Part shown: positions 12,378 through 25,099 of the stretch, one piece after another
Layout of the letters: each line of letters starts with the position of its first letter
Position numbering within the stretch: position 1 is the stretch's first letter
NCBI RefSeq assembly: GCF_006345805.1
Contig: NC_043006.1
Span: 89,466,001 to 89,530,000 of the forward strand
Length of the DNA stretch: 64,000 nucleotides
From: Octopus sinensis
Taxonomy: Eukaryota
Direction of reading: 5' to 3'
Notes under the pieces: model-generated
The model's database searches: none
What the model saw: only the letters and a program-made list of their open reading frames with translations
What the model was told of the DNA's origin: nothing
Position numbers and translations under genes: made by a program

Positions 12378-12831
12378 GGCTCTGATGAAGCTATAAGATG
12401 TTACTCAAGGAGTGGCTGTGTGGTAAGTAGCTTGCTAACCAACCACACGGTTGCGGGTTCAGTCCCATTGCGTGGCATCTTGGGCAAGTGTCTTCTGCTA
12501 TAGCCCCGGGCCGACCAATGCCTCGTGAGTGGATTTGGTAGACGGAAACTGAAAGAAGCCTGTCGTATATATGTATATATATGTATATGTGTGTGTGTTT
12601 GTGTGTCTGTGTTTGTTCCCCTAGCATTGCTTGACAACCAATGCTGGTGTGTTTACGTCCCCGTCACTTAGCGGTTCGGCAAAAAAAGAGACCGATAGAA
12701 TAAGTACTAAAAGGTGGTGCTCCAGCATGGCCGCAGTCAAATGACAAACAAGTAAAAAGAGTAAAAAAGAGTAAAGAGTAAACATTCATCTATGAGTTCA
12801 CTGAATCTTGCAGTAGAAACAGCTGTAAGCT
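12378..12831 (+). ncRNA. Minimal type I hammerhead ribozyme interrupted by a SINE in loop 2
   Basis: GGCT-CTGATGA-AGCTATAAGAT (12378-12399) and ATCTTGCAGTA-GAAAC-AGCT-GTA-AGCT (12805-12831); stems I and II are complementary across the SINE. Confidence 0.6.
12408..12782 (+). mobile_element. Full-length young tRNA-derived SINE (family A, CR1-type tail)
   Basis: Pol III A/B-box-like TGGCTGTGTGG / GGTTCAGTCCC, internal (TA/TG)n, tail GGTGCTCCAGCATGGCCGCAGTCAAATGAC and (GAGTAAA)n. Confidence 0.9.
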
Positions 12832-13345
12832 AATGAATGTCATAAGATAATTGTTCATACCTTTGTCATCATATTTTCTTACACACACAAATATATATCT
12901 GTGTTTAGAATACCATATAAATGTGTGTATACTCATATGCGTACAAAATACATGTATAAATACACACACACATGTATATAACTACAACCACCATTTGAAA
13001 GTGAGTATGAATTAAAAGTATATATCATGGCTATGTAAGCATAAGACATAACCACCATCTTGCCCATGCCACCCTATATCGATAGAACATCCAGGATATC
13101 ACAATGAGAAAGAGAGGGAGGAGAGAGAGCTAGAGAGAGAGAGAGGGAGGAAAGAGAGAGAGAGAGGATAGCAGCAGCACTTGACAAGTAATTGTTTCAA
13201 CTGACAGACTGTTCCCTTTTAAAATGAAGTCCTTTGTCCAGGGTCATACTGGGTTGCCTGATGAAGAATCAAACTCATGATTCATACATACACAAACATG
13301 CACCTCCCCACACCCATATGTGTACGTGTGTGTGTGTGTGTGGTG

Positions 13346-13394
<49 letters not shown>

Positions 13395-13693
13395 GCACAC
13401 ACTCGATCAATAAGCCCAGCAACAGATATAGGAATCCGGTTGTCCTCTAGTTCAACCCAATTTTTGGTTTGCGTGTTTCAACCAGGATTGCTGGAAAATT
13501 TTTTGCTGCTTTGGACAAATGTTCTCCTAAATCTAATTGGTATCATGCTATTTTTAATCAACACTACGTGAAAGTATCCTACACCAACTCTGCTAATTTA
13601 GAGCAGCTTATACATCACATAAACAATAGCAAAATGCGGCAAAGGTTCAATAACCCACCCACTGGATCTAGCAAACATTTGCATCTAAATACC

Positions 13694-13921
13694 TATTTCT
13701 TTATTACCCACAAGGGGCTAAACATAGAGGGGACAAACAAGGACAGACATAGGTATTAAGTCGATTACATCGACCCCAGTGCGTAACTGGTACTTAATTT
13801 ATCGACCTCGATAGGATGAAAGGCAAAGTCGACCTCGGCGGAATTTGAACTCACAACGTAACGGCAGACGAAATACCACTAAGCATCTCGCCCGGCGTGC
13901 TAACGTTTCTGCCAGCTCGCC
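13694..13921 (-). mobile_element. tRNA-SINE family B with 17-bp TSD
   Basis: Head GGCGAGCTGGCAGAAACGTTAGC...GAGTTCAAATTCC; TSD ATTTGCATCTAAATACC (13677-13693, 13925-13941); empty site in the opposite arm near 16660. Confidence 0.92.
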
Positions 13922-14527
13922 TAAATTTGCATCTAAATACCAACCAAAGAGATGTAAACCGCATTGATAAACATCAACTTAAACCAATGTGTAGTAGTAG
14001 ATATATTCATGGTGCAGCTAGCATGGTAACAATGCCGGTAAATAGAGTCGGGACTGCCTTATATACAAATAAATACGATAAATGTTCATGCAGAGAGAAA
14101 TCAAAATGTCCTTTGATGAATCCCTGTATGAGTAGAAATCCTGTATATAAATGCACCATGCACACAAGGGGAGGGCCCAATGTTTACATTGGACAGATGG
14201 CTAATTCATTTAAGAATCGTTATCATAACCATGTTGCCAGCTTCAAGACAATCAATAAGAGACATTCAACATCTTTGCCATATTTTGTATGGTGACTGAA
14301 GGAGGATAAAATGAAGTACAGCATAAATTGGTCCATAGTAAGGTACGCGAAACCATTCAATATAATTTCCAGGTGATGTCATCTCTGCTCTGAGGAATCC
14401 CTGTCTATTCTTTGGACTAACGAGATCATTAATAAAATTTCTGAACGACTCTTGAGATACCTACATGCACAATGCAATGCAGTGAGAATGAATTTTGAGT
14501 AACTATTAACATAATTTAATTTACTTT

Positions 14528-14911
14528 GGATGGAAGCACTCCGTCAGTTCCGACGACGAGGGTTCCGGTTGATCCGATCAATGGAACAGCCTGCTCGTGA
14601 AATTAACGTGTATGTGGCTGAGCACTCCACAGACACGTGTACCCTTAACGTAGTTCTCAGGGATATTCAGCGTGACACAGAGAGTGACAAGGCCGGCCCT
14701 TTGAAATACAGGTACAACAGAAACAGGAAGTAAGAGTGAGAGAAAGTTGTGGTGAAAGAGTACAGCAGGGACCACCACCATCCCTGCCAGAGCCTCGTGG
14801 AGCTTTAGGTGTTTTCGCTCAATAAACACTCACAACGCCCAGTCTGGGAATTGAAACCGCGAGCCTACGACCGCGAGTCCGCTGCCCTAACCACTGGGCC
14901 ATTGCACCTCC
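14528..14911 (-). mobile_element. tRNA-SINE family C with 12-bp TSD
   Basis: Head GGAGGTGCAATGGCCCAGTGGTTAGGGC...GGTTTCAATTCCC; TSD TTAATTTACTTT (14516-14527, 14914-14925). Confidence 0.9.
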
Positions 14912-15300
14912 ACTTAATTTACTTTAAGGTAATGATGACTTAAGTTTACTTTTAACATTCCCATTCTTACAAAAACCAAGCAGATAGTTAATTTGCTTTG
15001 TGATCATGAGTGCACAAAACCTCACATGTGCACATGCTCACATTTCCGTAGATGCTTGTATGAGTGGGTGTACTCACGCCATGCAGCTTCCCCAAAGACG
15101 TGTATACATCCATATTTGTAAACAATTATTTTTAATACTCTTTTTGCTGGATTGTGTGTTCATTTCTCTTTTTTCCATTTATAATTTTATTTTTGATCTT
15201 CTCTATAAATGGAGATATTTCCTCCATCTGGCTGCTTTGCTTTCTAAAAAATGAGAAGTTACATTGTGGAAGTGTTATTTTAATAAGTTGCATTTATTTA

Positions 15301-15404
15301 TCACCTGACGAGATACATCTGCACTGCTGGTTGCTCCTGAACCAGTTGTTGATTGTTCCATTGATGAAGGATCAATGCTAGATGTGTCGAAACAATTGTT
15401 GTGA
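15301..15404 (+). ncRNA. Minimal type I hammerhead ribozyme (PLE pLTR)
   Basis: TCAC-CTGACGA-GATACATCT...AGATGTGTC-GAAAC-AATT-GTT-GTGA: intact core, 9-bp stem II, palindromic stem III. Confidence 0.8.
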
Positions 15405-15559
15405 CGAATAATGAATTCTCGTATATTCTACCTCCCGTCTTTCATTTGCTATATATATATATATATATATCGTAAATCGATAGAAAGACAGACAGAAAGA
15501 TGGTCAGATAAATAGAAAGATAGATGCATAAACACATGTACACACATTTATCAATATAT

Positions 15560-17180
15560 AACAAATGAAAGACAGAAGATAGAATATACGAGAATTTATT
15601 ATTAATCACAACAATTGTTTCGACACATCTAGCACCGAATCCTCTTGGGTGAGACACTCAATAAGTAGTTCAGGAGCATTTAGGTGCAGATGAATCTCGT
15701 TGGGTGATAGATAAATAAAAACAACTCGTTAAAATGAATGTTCCACAATGTAACTTTCTGTTTTGTAGAGAGGAAAACAGCCAGACAGAGGAAATAACTT
15801 CATTTATATAGAAGATCAAAAATAAAATTGCAGATGACATAAAGGAAAACGAACATGTAATCCTGTGAGAAAAGTATTGAAAATAACCGTTGGGCAAGCT
15901 GCATGGCATGAGTACACATGCTCATACAAGAATCAGTACAAACGTGAGCATACGCACACACAAGGTTTGGTGTACCCATGTCCACAAAGCGAGTTAGTTA
16001 TTTACTTGGTGTTTATAAGAATGAGGAGGTTAAAAGTAAACTTAAGTTATTAAATTAAATTAAATTAAATTAAGTTAATGGTTACTCAAAAATTCATTCC
16101 CACTGCATTGTGCCAAAGTACATTTATATGTGTGTAGGTATCTCAAGAGTCGTTCAGAAATTCTATTAATGATCTTCTCGTTAGTCCAAAGAATAGACAG
16201 GGATTCCTCAGAGCAGAGATGACATCACCTGGAAATTATATTGAATGGTTTCGCGTACCTTACTATGGACCAATTTATGCTGTACTTCATTTTATCCTCC
16301 TTCAGTCACCATACAAAATATGGCAAAGATGTTGAATGTCTCTTATTGATTGTCTTGAAGCTGGCAACATGGTTATGATAACGATTCTTAAATGAATTAG
16401 CCATCTGTCCAATGTAAACATTGGGCCCTCCCCTTGTGTGCATGGTGCATTTATATACAGGATTTCTACTCATACAGGGATTCATCAAAGGACATTTTGA
16501 TTTCTCTCTGCATGAGCATTTATCATATTTATTTGTATATAAGGCAGACCCGACTCTATTTACCGGCATTGTTACCACGCTAGCTGCACCATGAATATAT
16601 CTACTACTACACATTGGTTTAAGTTGATGTTTATCAATGCGGTTTACATCTCTTTGGTTGGTATTTAGATGCAAATATTTGCTAGATCCAGTGGGTGGGT
16701 TATTGAACCTTTGCTGCATTTTGCTATTGTTTATGTAATGTATAAGCTGCTCTAAATTAGCAGAGTTGGTGTAGGATACCTTCACGTAGTGTTGATTAAA
16801 AATAGCATGATACCAATTAGATTTAGGAGAACATTTGTCCAAAGCAGCAAAAAATTTTCCAGCAATCCTGGTTGAAACACGCGAACCAAAAATTGGGTTG
16901 AACTAGAGGACAATCAGATTCCTATATCTGCTATTTGGTTTATTTGATTGAGTGTGTAGTACAGGATTGGAACAAGCAGTTGGATTATCATGTCGCATGT
17001 GTCTATGAGTTTTTGTTGGTAGTTCATTGACATGACCAATTCTTTTTGGCCTGTTTTCTTTATCGAAGTGATTTCTCAAATGATAACATTGTGGTGGTAT
17101 ACAATGTGCATTGCAGTTGTAGGAATTATCAATGTTGGTTATGCCTGTTTCTTGTATATATTGAATTTAATCATGGTACC
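15560..17180 (-). mobile_element. Penelope-like element, second copy, tail-to-tail with 13396-15450
   Basis: ORF 16306-16842 encodes the same thumb/GIY-YIG sequence; pLTR hammerhead at about 15605-15708 has a mutated core (CCAACGA). Confidence 0.85.
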
Positions 17181-17300
17181 CAGCCCTAGCTAGAGCATCA
17201 TTCCAAGAGGACTCGATGCTAGATGTGCTGAAACAATTGTTGTGATTAATAATAAATTCTCTTATATTCCATCTTCTGTCTTTCATTTGTTATTTACCTA
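17180..17300 (+). mobile_element. Inverted partial pLTR at the 5' end of the minus-strand PLE
   Basis: CCAAGAGGACTCGATGCTAGATGTGCTGAAACAATTGTTGTGATTAATAATAAATTCTC is the reverse complement of about 15565-15650; such an inversion is typical of PLE insertions. Confidence 0.75.
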
Positions 17301-19064
17301 ACAATCACTCTGAAAGTGACCATGCTTTACCAGTAAACCATTCGCTTTATTATCCATTATATCTATCAATATATATGCATGTATGTTTGTATGATATGTA
17401 TATATGTAAGTATATATTGCATACCATAAAAAAATAATTATTGATTCCTTCTTAGAAAGAAGACAATACATTACACTTGTCTTCTGTTCTGAGTTGCATT
17501 TTAATATTTCATGAACCATCAGTAAAAAAACCTCTTTCAGTAGGATGCAGCTTGCTTGTGGCAAGTCCTACAGCAATCATTTAAAAATAAGACATGTAAA
17601 TTAAAATTTTTGTTCCTATATTTAATTTAATTACATTTTTTTTTTCCTCTTTTGAAATGCTTTAACCATGTCTGAATTGTTAAGTCAGTTGTTAATGCAG
17701 TAACACACAGGAAGAGTTCTGTTGCCTCCTTGCATTCTGCCAGAGGATGAAATAGTTTTCTATTCAATTCCATTCTGAAAAATGTCAATAGCCTATTAAC
17801 AGCTAATTACTAAGTAATGAATTTCAAATACACATTTCAAAAGAAAGTGAGAAAGTGTGAGAGAGGGAGTGAGAGAAATAGAAATGTTGAAAAAGAGAAA
17901 AAAAAACAAAGAAAAATTACAATTTTTTTCCCTTTTTAGGTTTCTACAAAAACAAAAAATAAAAGAGAAAAATATTAAAAAAATATTCCTGAGGGGAAAA
18001 TATTAGTTGTTGTCTTGGTGCAGTCATTCTTAAAAGAGCAGAACAACAATAGCAGGAGAGTTCACATGCTAATTTCTTCCATCTCTTAAGCGTTAATAAG
18101 TAATTTATTTTTCACAATGTTTTAAACTCTGATACATTGAAAGCTTCCTTCTGTTGTAATACTTGCTGCAAAATCAATTGTGATTTTTAACACTTTGTAA
18201 ATTCTCGAGTGGTAGACTGAAGTAATAATCACTGTTGTCTTATTAGAACTGAGGCTCTCGTTTACAGAATTAGCTGCATGTACCAAGTGCTGGACTGACT
18301 GTCTGCTTAGTCATGAAGTTTTAAGTTCAAATTACTTTTATTTCACTGTGGTTGTGCTGGCTGATGACTGAAGGTAATAGGACCATGGTGTTAGAGCCAG
18401 ATATGATTGTTCATTTTATAACCATGTAGTTCAGAGTTTGTTTAATGTGCAACACTTTGGGCGAGCATCATCAAACATAGCTTGAAAATGACCAAAACCT
18501 TCTGTGTGCATTTTGACAGAAAAATGTGCAGAACCCACCACTCTCACCCATGTCTCTATTGTTCATCCTTTTATCTCTCTTGCTTGTTACACTAATGCTA
18601 CTACTGCTCGTACAGTGTCTAAGCCTTGTTAATTTATGGCATGTCAAGGGCAGATATGACTGCTAACTGAGTCCATCATGAAGACTTCCTCTCTGCATGA
18701 AGATTGCCACATGGTTGGGCAAATAGATTTTCTTAGTGTGATAGCTGAGGCAAAAGAGGGTAGACACCTACCTCTTTTGTCAAGCCCTCAGATTTTTTCA
18801 AGTTCCATCTGGAAAGGAAAGTGATGATGACATAGGAAGTGCTCTCTTCTAGTGAATTTGCCACAGGGTAGTTGACTGAGGTTAGAGAGGATAGAACTAT
18901 CCCAAACATAGACAGGGTGTCCCAGAAAGACTTATCCATTGATTCAAAATAAACTTAAGGTAGGATAATGAAATTTGGCACACACGTTCTAATGTAAATT
19001 GTCAATCCATTGCAGCAATGACACAGGAAAAAGAAAAAAGAAAACCTTTACATGGGTTGTAATC

Positions 19065-20110
19065 ATTTTCATAGCAACAATGCTCTTTTCAATACGTATG
19101 ATGCACCAGTTAAAATAATCTTTTGCACTTCTTGCAGGAATGGTAAGCCAGGGATCATTCTCAGATAATTCTCTACCCCGATTTTGATTATTCCAAGTGC
19201 TTCTACAATCACTGGTATTGTAACTAGATTGTAACTACAATCACTGGTATTGTAAGGCAGCGAGCTGGCAGAAACGTTAGCATGCCGGGCGAAGTGCTTA
19301 CGGTATTTCACCTGCTGCTATGTTCTGAGTTCAAATTCTGCTAAGGTCGACTTTGCCTTTCATCCTTTCGGGGTCGATTAAATAAGTACCAGTTACGCAC
19401 TGGGGTCGATATAATCGACTTAATACGTTTGTCTGTCCTCTCTATGTTTAGCCCCTTGTGGGTAGTAAAGAAATAGGTATTGTAACTAGCTTGAGATGCC
19501 ACAGATTTTCAATTTCAGTGAACAAATCTTTATATTTTTTTGAGCATTTCAAATTCTTTTGCCAAGATATTATGATTGCAAAAAATACTCATGCTGATCA
19601 ATAAACAGACTTTATTGTTTTGGTCTTTCACAACAATATCCAGTTTACTAGCTTTGATGTATGGGAAAGTCTCAATGAATCATTACATTTTCTCTCTCAG
19701 TTACAACCTCAGGCTGGTGATTATACCGTTTGTCAACAGTTTTTTTTATTTTATAATGCCGACATATTAACTCTCAATGGCCAACTCTGTCATATGTTGA
19801 TTTATACTCCAGTGGTGCTAAGACTTTACATCCATTGTTCATCACATTGGCTTGTTAGTTTCAGGTCAATAAGCTTTGATCTTAAGCACCTAAGATTAAG
19901 CCTTCACTCTCTGCCTTTAGCTCTGAGTTCCATAGCCACTGATGGGATTCCTTCTGGTCAATAATGTCTTGTTTGCTATGGCTTACATATTTGCCATGAA
20001 CAGCCAATTTTCCACGTGACTTTTCCTTACCACACTGATTTCACCTTCTTTGCGACAACAGTTGCCACACTTCCCTCATGATGTTCAGCTTGGGTATCAT
20101 GCATGAACTC
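19065..20110 (-). mobile_element. Old R4/Dong-clade element fragment
   Basis: Minus strand has QWLWNSELKAESEGLIL..DQSL and TIPVIVEALGII..YLRMIPG..EVQKIILTGASYVLKRAL; abuts (TAT)n at 20112-20152. Confidence 0.75.
19256..19480 (+). mobile_element. tRNA-SINE family B inserted in the Dong fragment
   Basis: GGCAGCGAGCTGGCAGAAACGTTAGC...AAAGAAATA flanked by GGTATTGTAA repeats. Confidence 0.9.
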
Positions 20111-20154
20111 AATATTATTGTTGTTACTATTATTATTATTATTATTATTATTGA

Positions 20155-20362
20155 GGTGGTGAGCTGGTAGAATCATTAGTGTGTCAGACAAAATATTTAG
20201 CAGTATTTCTTCTGGCTTTTTATGTTCTGAATGCAAATCCCCACATGGTCAACTTTGCCTTTCCCTATTCATCTGTTCAAGGTGAAGTACTAGGCTTAAT
20301 GTAATCAACCAACTAACGCCATTCCCCTAAAACTGCTGACCTTGTACAAAAGTTTGAAACAA
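20155..20362 (+). mobile_element. tRNA-SINE family B, older copy
   Basis: GGTGGTGAGCTGGTAGAATCATTAG...GTCAACTTTGCCTTT...; (ATT)n flanks. Confidence 0.75.
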
Positions 20363-20511
20363 TTATTATTATTTATTGTTATTATTATTACTTTGAATTT
20401 AGGCATGAGACCAGTAGTTTTTGAGGATGTGGGGTTGTCAATACCATTGTTTCTTGACAACTTTGTTTCATTGGTTCTGTAAAAATGACAGAGGAGTTTT
20501 CAGCAGGAATC

Positions 20512-20931
20512 TGTAACAGGATCTGGAATCGGTATCACTGAAGGGGTGTCCGATCCGATCCCGTCACATTCAATTTAGTTAGATATAACAGACGAAGTCA
20601 GGTTATCTGGGAAAGATAGCAAATGTTGTTTATTACTCGTGATGGTGTACGTATTTCTGAGGGGAAACGACAGCCGAATCTTTGTACTGCTTCTTGTTGG
20701 TTGATTGAAGTGATTCGATGTGGTCCATTGCTAAGCCGGTGTAGAGTTCTCAGAGACTACCAAATGCATGTCTGTTCACGAGGGCTGAAAGGGCCAGAGA
20801 GAGTGAGTGAGTGGACTGTGCCTTAGGGGTCAGTTTCCCACACATGCGCATGGGGAAGACTTCCGGTGGCCACCCGGAAGTAGTCCCATTCTACGCATGC
20901 GCACTGAACCTAACACAGTATCATCACTACA
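20512..20931 (-). mobile_element. Solo LTR (Gypsy-type by TSD length), 420 bp
   Basis: TGTA...TACA termini, 4-bp TSD AATC (20508-20511, 20932-20935), CpG-rich, AATAAA on the minus strand near 20629; interrupts an old family B SINE. Confidence 0.8.
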
Positions 20932-23571
20932 AATCTTTACTTTCTGAGTTCAATTCCCTTCAAGGTCGACTTTTCCTTTCATAGTACCAGTCGTGTACTG
21001 GAATTGATTTAATTGACTAACCTCTCCTTCAAAATTTCAAGCCTTGTACCTATATTAGAAACATTATTAAGATCCTCACTGAACAGGGGAAGGTTAGTGT
21101 CCATAACATTTTAAGCCCTCCCACACTGGCAAAATCATTGTTGCTTAGTTTCACAGTCACTCTGACTAAGCAAACTTATGAAGGAGAGATGTATCTTGTC
21201 TTTATTTTTAAGGAATATTGTCTCTAGGACTACATTATGCTATGCATCCTTCTTTTTTGAAGAGACAGTATGATTTAAAAGAAATTTGGCTACTAATTCT
21301 AGCAGGGTAAGCAATTACATAGAGGGTTCTTCATTGGTTAGTGTAGAGGCTTGATGAGGGTGGGCCACAGCTTCTGCAAATTCAATGTTTGCAGATAAAA
21401 TTAAGGAAGTTTATTTTTAAAATTGTAGGATGTGAATTGAGGGAGATTTGTTGCATTTTCTAACATTTTGAGTAACACTGTATTGAGGGCTTCTATCGCA
21501 AGTAGGAACAGATATACAATGCACTGATATTCTATCACATTTATGTAATTCTATAAAATCAGAGTTAAGTACTGAGCTTATGTACGGCACCCAACATGAT
21601 GAAGAGGATGTTGGCAACATTCACTACTGTGTGACTGACTTTTACTATTTGTGTAATTTATAAGCAAGTGGGGCACCGGAGAGACTTCTGGTAAATGCAT
21701 TTTGAACAAGATAATATGACACGTCACTTCAAACATAAAGCTTTCAGAGCATTAGTGCTTTCATCCCTACTGAATATGTGGCAAAAATCTGAAGCTAAAG
21801 GTATTTCGTTTGATCACACATATAAAACAGCAGTAGCATGCATGTGAAGATAAGGTCGGTAAAGTTATGCTGAACACAGGAGACATGGTGTAGTAAATAA
21901 CAAAAGCATTGTTATTAGAATATATACATTTAATGCATTTAATATTATTGATTATCAGGAAATATTTTTGAGGTAAACCTCTTTATTGAGGTATATTGAT
22001 TTATAATTTCTGGCACAAATCCACAAATTTGTTCAGAAAGATAAACAGTATATAGTTGATTGGATCTAACCAGTGTATAACTGGTACTGTTGACAATCTG
22101 ATAAACCAACATTATGTGGTAACATGACATACTAGTAATAACAGTTAAATCCCTCTTAAACTACACCTTCTTGTCTTTAAAAAAGAAGCCACACAGAATC
22201 TCACTGAGGTCAACTTTGCTTTTCATCTTAACAAGATCAATAAAATTGAATACCGGTCAAGTACCAATCAAGTACTGGCATTGATTTAATTGATTAACAT
22301 CCCTTCCTCCCTCACCCCAGATTTCAGACCTTCTTTCTTATTTAAAAACAATTATATTCATCATTAACAGTCATTGAGAAGGGGCATTTGTGAGGATTAA
22401 AAATGATCGGAGCAAGCAAATTGGCATGTTTAAAAATAATTTAGTCATGTCTTTCTGTAATTCCAACTTTTAAATTTATTAAACCTCATGACTAGGAAAG
22501 GAAACAAGGAATATATAAAATCATTTTTGTCTTCTCATTAATAAAGAGGTTCATTAGGAGAGAAATTTCATTAGTGTGCTTTTTGATAGCGGAAAGGGTT
22601 TTTAAGAAATCTCTCATTGAGTAATGTAATCAGGGATTCCCTTTCTTTTATCTTTTGCTTGTTTTAGCTATTGACTACAGCCATGCTAGGGTAAAACCTT
22701 GAAGTGGAAAAAATCAACTCTGGTAAGTATTTTTAAAGTCTGTTGCAGATTCAACTGGTTTCTTTTGCCAAACTGCTAAGCAATGGGGATGTAAACAAAA
22801 CAACTTGATGCAGAGTGGGAGAGGGGGATTAAAGAGTTAATTACAAATTTTCTGTTGTTGTTTAAATCTCAGCAGTGGACCACCACTTTGTCATTCCATA
22901 AAATGTACTCATGGGGAGAAAAATATTGAAAAACCTCAATACATGACAGAGTGACAAAGAAATGAGGAAGGTACCAGGTGGTCATGAGATGTGCTAAAGA
23001 CAGCTGCTAAACTTCCCTTAAATCACACATATTTTCACCTGAAAATTATAAACTAACACAAATTACAGATTCAGACCATCCACATTTTAAAACTATGATT
23101 AAAAAAATTGGAATTTATGGAAAGGTAGGGTCACTGAAAAATAGCTTCTAAATTATGCTTCATTATCTATTTGAAAATAAAGGAACTAGAGAGATTATAA
23201 TGGTGACTGCTGATTTCTAAAAATTTTTTTTAACCCTTGAGGCTTCTCCCATTTTTTTTAAGTGTGTAGTGCAAAAAAATATTAGTCAAAATTGGTCCTG
23301 AGTTTGTTGAAAGCATACATAAATTAAAAAAACTTTTTTATTAACTGAAAAAGAATCTCTCATCATTTTTAAGTGTGTAGTGCAAAAAAACTGGATGAAA
23401 TTAGACCAGAAGGGGATGGGAGAAGAACATTTGCAAGGGTGTAGTGAAAAGAAAAAGTGAAAAATCCCCATCAAAACAGAGAAAATCCAAGTTATATGAT
23501 ATTGCTATTCCAAAAGTCCAACAAAGCTTTCTCTCACAGAAATTACTTGACAGCAACAGGATGCTCAGCTA

Positions 23572-23637
23572 ATATATATATATATACATATATGCATACA
23601 TATATACACATAAATACATATATATAAATATAAATAA

Positions 23638-23685
<48 letters not shown>

Positions 23686-23722
23686 TATATACATATGTAT
23701 ATGTATATACTTTCATCTATAC

Positions 23723-23780
<58 letters not shown>
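23572..23780. repeat. (TA)n-rich microsatellite
   Basis: Direct reading. Confidence 0.95.
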
Positions 23781-23781
<1 letters not shown>

Positions 23782-25099
23782 TATGTGGGCACAGTATGTC
23801 ACAAGATGTGTACAACAAAAAAATACGAAGTACGAGTACATGGAACATGAACTATTCTTTTGAACAACAAAAGACACAAATGGAAAACAAAACAAAGAAC
23901 ATAAAGAATGATCTTTCATCAGTTATTGGCTGTTTACCTAGTCTTGTATTTTGAGCATTTAACAATATATATTTTGATAAAACAGTTGCTCCTGCAAAGC
24001 AAATTAAATAAAATTTGGGATTTTGAGGAGGGTCGAAATTGGTAACACAAACAGGACAGTGATGTTGAGGTTGTGATGGCGAACTCATAAATCGAGCTTG
24101 GACAAGAGACAAACAAGAACATGCCTTCCTTGTTCCAGGTACAATGGAGAGAAAGAAAGATGGCCGATGTTCATGTGGGAGCAAGGGAGGAAGAGTGAGG
24201 GAGAGAGTGTGACAGAGTAATAGGATATATATAAATGTTATGTGTGTGTGTCTGTATGTATGCATGGATAAGACAGATTCATTGAGGCAGATTTCCTTGT
24301 TAGATCACAGAATGACTCAGAGAGCAAAACAATGTATTCTTTAAGTAATATTGTGGTTACATAGTTATGTGTTTGACTAGACTTTCCTGACAGGGTCTGA
24401 TAAGGTTAACATATCTCCAAACGTGTTCCCATAACTGTCAAACATCAGGTTCATGCTCCTTCTCACAGTGTCATTTATTTAATTTTTTATCAATTTAAAT
24501 TTGAGAGTGCTCTACCTTATTCTTTTTGAAAAGAATTTCCATTAACACCCATGATTTTCATTTTTGCTACAATTATAATTTCAAGTTATCTCTTGCCACC
24601 GTATTACACATATTAACCTAAATTTAAATATTTATTATAACAGTACCATGTTAGCAGTGATCCATAGTTGCAACAAGTCTCTGTTTGGTACTGGTAAATG
24701 GAAACTGTGTGGAAGCTTGTTGTATGTGTGTGTGTCCCTGTCACAGCTTGACAACAAGTGTTGTTTTGTTTTAACAGTTCAACAATAAATCTCAACAGAA
24801 TCAGCACCAGACTTAAATAATGAATACTGGAGTGGTTTACTTGACTAAAACCGTTCAAGGCAGTGCCCTAGTATGGCCAGAGTCCAATGACTGAGAAAAG
24901 GGAAAAAATGAAAAACATTGTTACGGTTGGAAAGCCTTTGACCAAAGGTTTGCTCAATGAAGCTAATCTAGGTCTATATAAAAACGACCACAGGTATTGC
25001 TCTATTTAATTGCATTCATTTCACAACAACATTTCATTCAAATAATTCATTACACGGCCACAGACATTTCACTAGATAACTACAGATATCATATTACAT

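Larger units (their letters stand above)
13396..15450 (+). mobile_element. Penelope-like element (probably Nematis clade), 5'-truncated: RT thumb, GIY-YIG endonuclease, pLTR
   Basis: GKFFAALDK..HAIFN..VKVSY, CSCREKSKCPLMNPC, VYKC..YIGQMANSFKNRYHNHVASF, CHLC..E; in-frame stops; two SINE insertions; hammerhead at 15301-15404. Confidence 0.85.

Noticed and set aside
14290-14385. In-frame TGA codons in the PLE endonuclease as possible selenocysteine (reported for Naiad PLEs)
   Set aside because: They fall at non-cysteine positions (W*LK, R*CHLC) where CGA-to-TGA CpG decay is the simpler explanation; neighbouring cysteines are normal codons.
14830-14911. tRNA gene-like sequence
   Set aside because: It is the head of a SINE with body, tail and TSD; no complete cloverleaf.
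23780-24330. Possible hammerhead element (CTGATGA on minus near 23920)
   Set aside because: No matching GAAAC/GUH half or stem II found; probably a repeat but family unsupported.
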